Source of the DNA: Eimeria praecox
Taxonomy: Eukaryota
DNA length: 64,000 nucleotides
Direction: 5' to 3'
Assembly: GCA_963920595.1 (NCBI GenBank)
Contig: OY986946.1
Coordinates: forward strand, 3,224,001-3,288,000
A program made the position numbers and the translations under genes. Below, in pieces: positions 62,428 to 64,000 of this stretch (within the stretch, counting starts at the first letter, position 1; each line of letters starts with the position of its first letter). The notes beneath the pieces were generated by a model that saw only the letters and a list, made by a program, of their open reading frames with translations, was not told the origin of the DNA and did not search any database.

Positions 62428-63917
62428 ATGCCCAGACAAAGGGTGACCCCAGCTGCCAGCGTGGTACACCACGATTCTCTCAGCCATGAGGGACAGGGAT
62501 ACGATGAACCGGTTGACCAGTCAGAGTCGCCCGATGCATCAGCATCCCCAAACCAGGAGTTCCCCAGACCGGTGAGCAACACCAGACGGGTGCATTAACA
62601 GGCCGCCTGGCTGCAGTGATACTCAGAATGTAACAAGGGAGTGGGTGACGGAGTGTGGTAGGTTTAGATACTCACTGGTTTTCGTGGATTTGCAAGGGTG
62701 TCCAGGTGGCAACGCGGCTGTCCAGATGCGATCATAGTCTTGTGGGAGGGTGGCATTTCATTCCATCCCTAATAGATACGTGTTTGTTTTGTGTTCTTCT
62801 TCCCTCAGCGCGTCGCTCGAGAGTGCTCGGGATGCAGCGATGGCGTGAAACGGAGTTGCGGCTGCGGCCGATGTTACTGCTGTTCGCGAGCCGCCCTTGA
62901 CGACTTTATGCAGCAGAGGATGTCGGCTTGGGAGCCTTTACTCACTCCAAGGCGCATTTTATTTGTGCTTTTTGGCGTGGGTGTGGTGTTTCTGGTGTTG
63001 GGGCTCGTTATCCTCTTAGTAAACAGCGGTATCGTGGAGTGCAAAGTGAACTACACAGACATGGTTGGCGACCTGATCCTGAAGGTAGTGCAGAATTAAC
63101 ATTCCGCCGCACTGAATCCGGGTTCAGAAAGTGTACGGAGCGCATCTTAAAAGAAGGCTGAAAAAGACACATTAGTGTGTGCTCACAGCGACGTGCACAA
63201 TTGGTGGTGCGTTTGTTGCAGATCGATGCCTCAACATGCACAGACACTTCTATTACCGAAATAACGGGAGACGTTTTGCTCTACTACGAGTTGTCTAACT
63301 ACTTTCAGAATCACCGGCACTTCATGAAATCGCGATCGGACAAGCAGCTGGAAGTGAGTTTGTTTGTCTTTGGGCCTCCGGCTGTTGGGTGCCGCATTTA
63401 GTCCACCGTCATGCAAATGCTCTTTTTGTTTTTCTGTGCTTTCATAATATGTGCACAATGGGCGGTTGAGAAGGAACATCTGTTCATGCTTGTTATCTGA
63501 TTGTTTGCCGCGCTCGAGCATGCAAATTGGCGCATTCTTGCTCTCTCGGTTTAGCGTTGACTCAGCAACAAAGTTGTGTTTATCTCGTCTGCTTTTCGTC
63601 GGTTTAGGGGAAGGTTTACACGGCAGCTTCAGATGTGCGCACTGCATGCGACCCGCGTGTGGAGTCCCTGGACGGGCGTGTGCTGCATCCGTGCGGTTTG
63701 AGTGCGGGCGCGGTATTTACGGATGTTTTCTCGGCCGTGGGGGAGGATCAGATGACGGAAATAGAACTCGACGAGTCAAGAGAAGCGATTTGCTGGGACT
63801 GGGACCTCTCCACCTTTAAAAACCCTTCTGAAGAGGAAATGAACGCCGCTGCGTCCCAAGTTGACTTTTGGCTTTTCAATCAAACCTACGCCACCGCCTT
63901 ACACATGGATAAACCCG
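62428..63917 (+). CDS. CDC50: CDC50/LEM3 family flippase beta subunit, 3'-partial (exons ~62428-62571, 62809-63084, 63222-63353, 63608-63917)
   Basis: [15 protein letters not shown] followed by a TM helix; [38 protein letters not shown]; in-phase GT-AG junctions. First exon less certain. Confidence 0.88.
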
Positions 63918-64000
63918 GTAATGCATATTTACCCGCTGCTTGTCTCCCTCAACCCGTATTCTTCCTCCTCCCCCTAGAGAAGCCTCTTCTGTTTGCCGTT

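Overview
Eukaryotic (coccidian, Eimeria) genomic DNA covering the right-hand end of a tandem 45S rDNA array and its unique flank. ITS1 contains CATCATCGGAATGGCTTTTTGA and TGCTTAATTTTGCGCTATTTATT, which I recall as E. praecox diagnostic primer sites; this is unverified. Layout: (1) 1-4568 holds an apparently intact single-ORF non-LTR retrotransposon on the MINUS strand (>=1455 aa: zinc finger, RT with YADD, CCHC knuckle, restriction-like endonuclease). The ORF track misses it because it runs off the window without a stop. It is joined to 28S rDNA at the classical R2 target (TTAAGGTAGCC) but antisense to the rRNA. (2) The 3' part of that interrupted 28S is followed by three complete ~13.85 kb units (IGS/ETS-18S-ITS1-5.8S-ITS2-28S). 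(3) A diverged, truncated terminal spacer leads into a decayed, 5'-truncated relative of the retrotransposon, joined in the same orientation and at the same site to a 28S pseudogene (~49.2-51.2 kb). (4) Unique genes follow: Rab geranylgeranyltransferase beta, an MFS transporter and a CDC50/LEM3 protein. All intact 28S copies carry a compensatorily rewritten helix 69 directly upstream of the insertion site.
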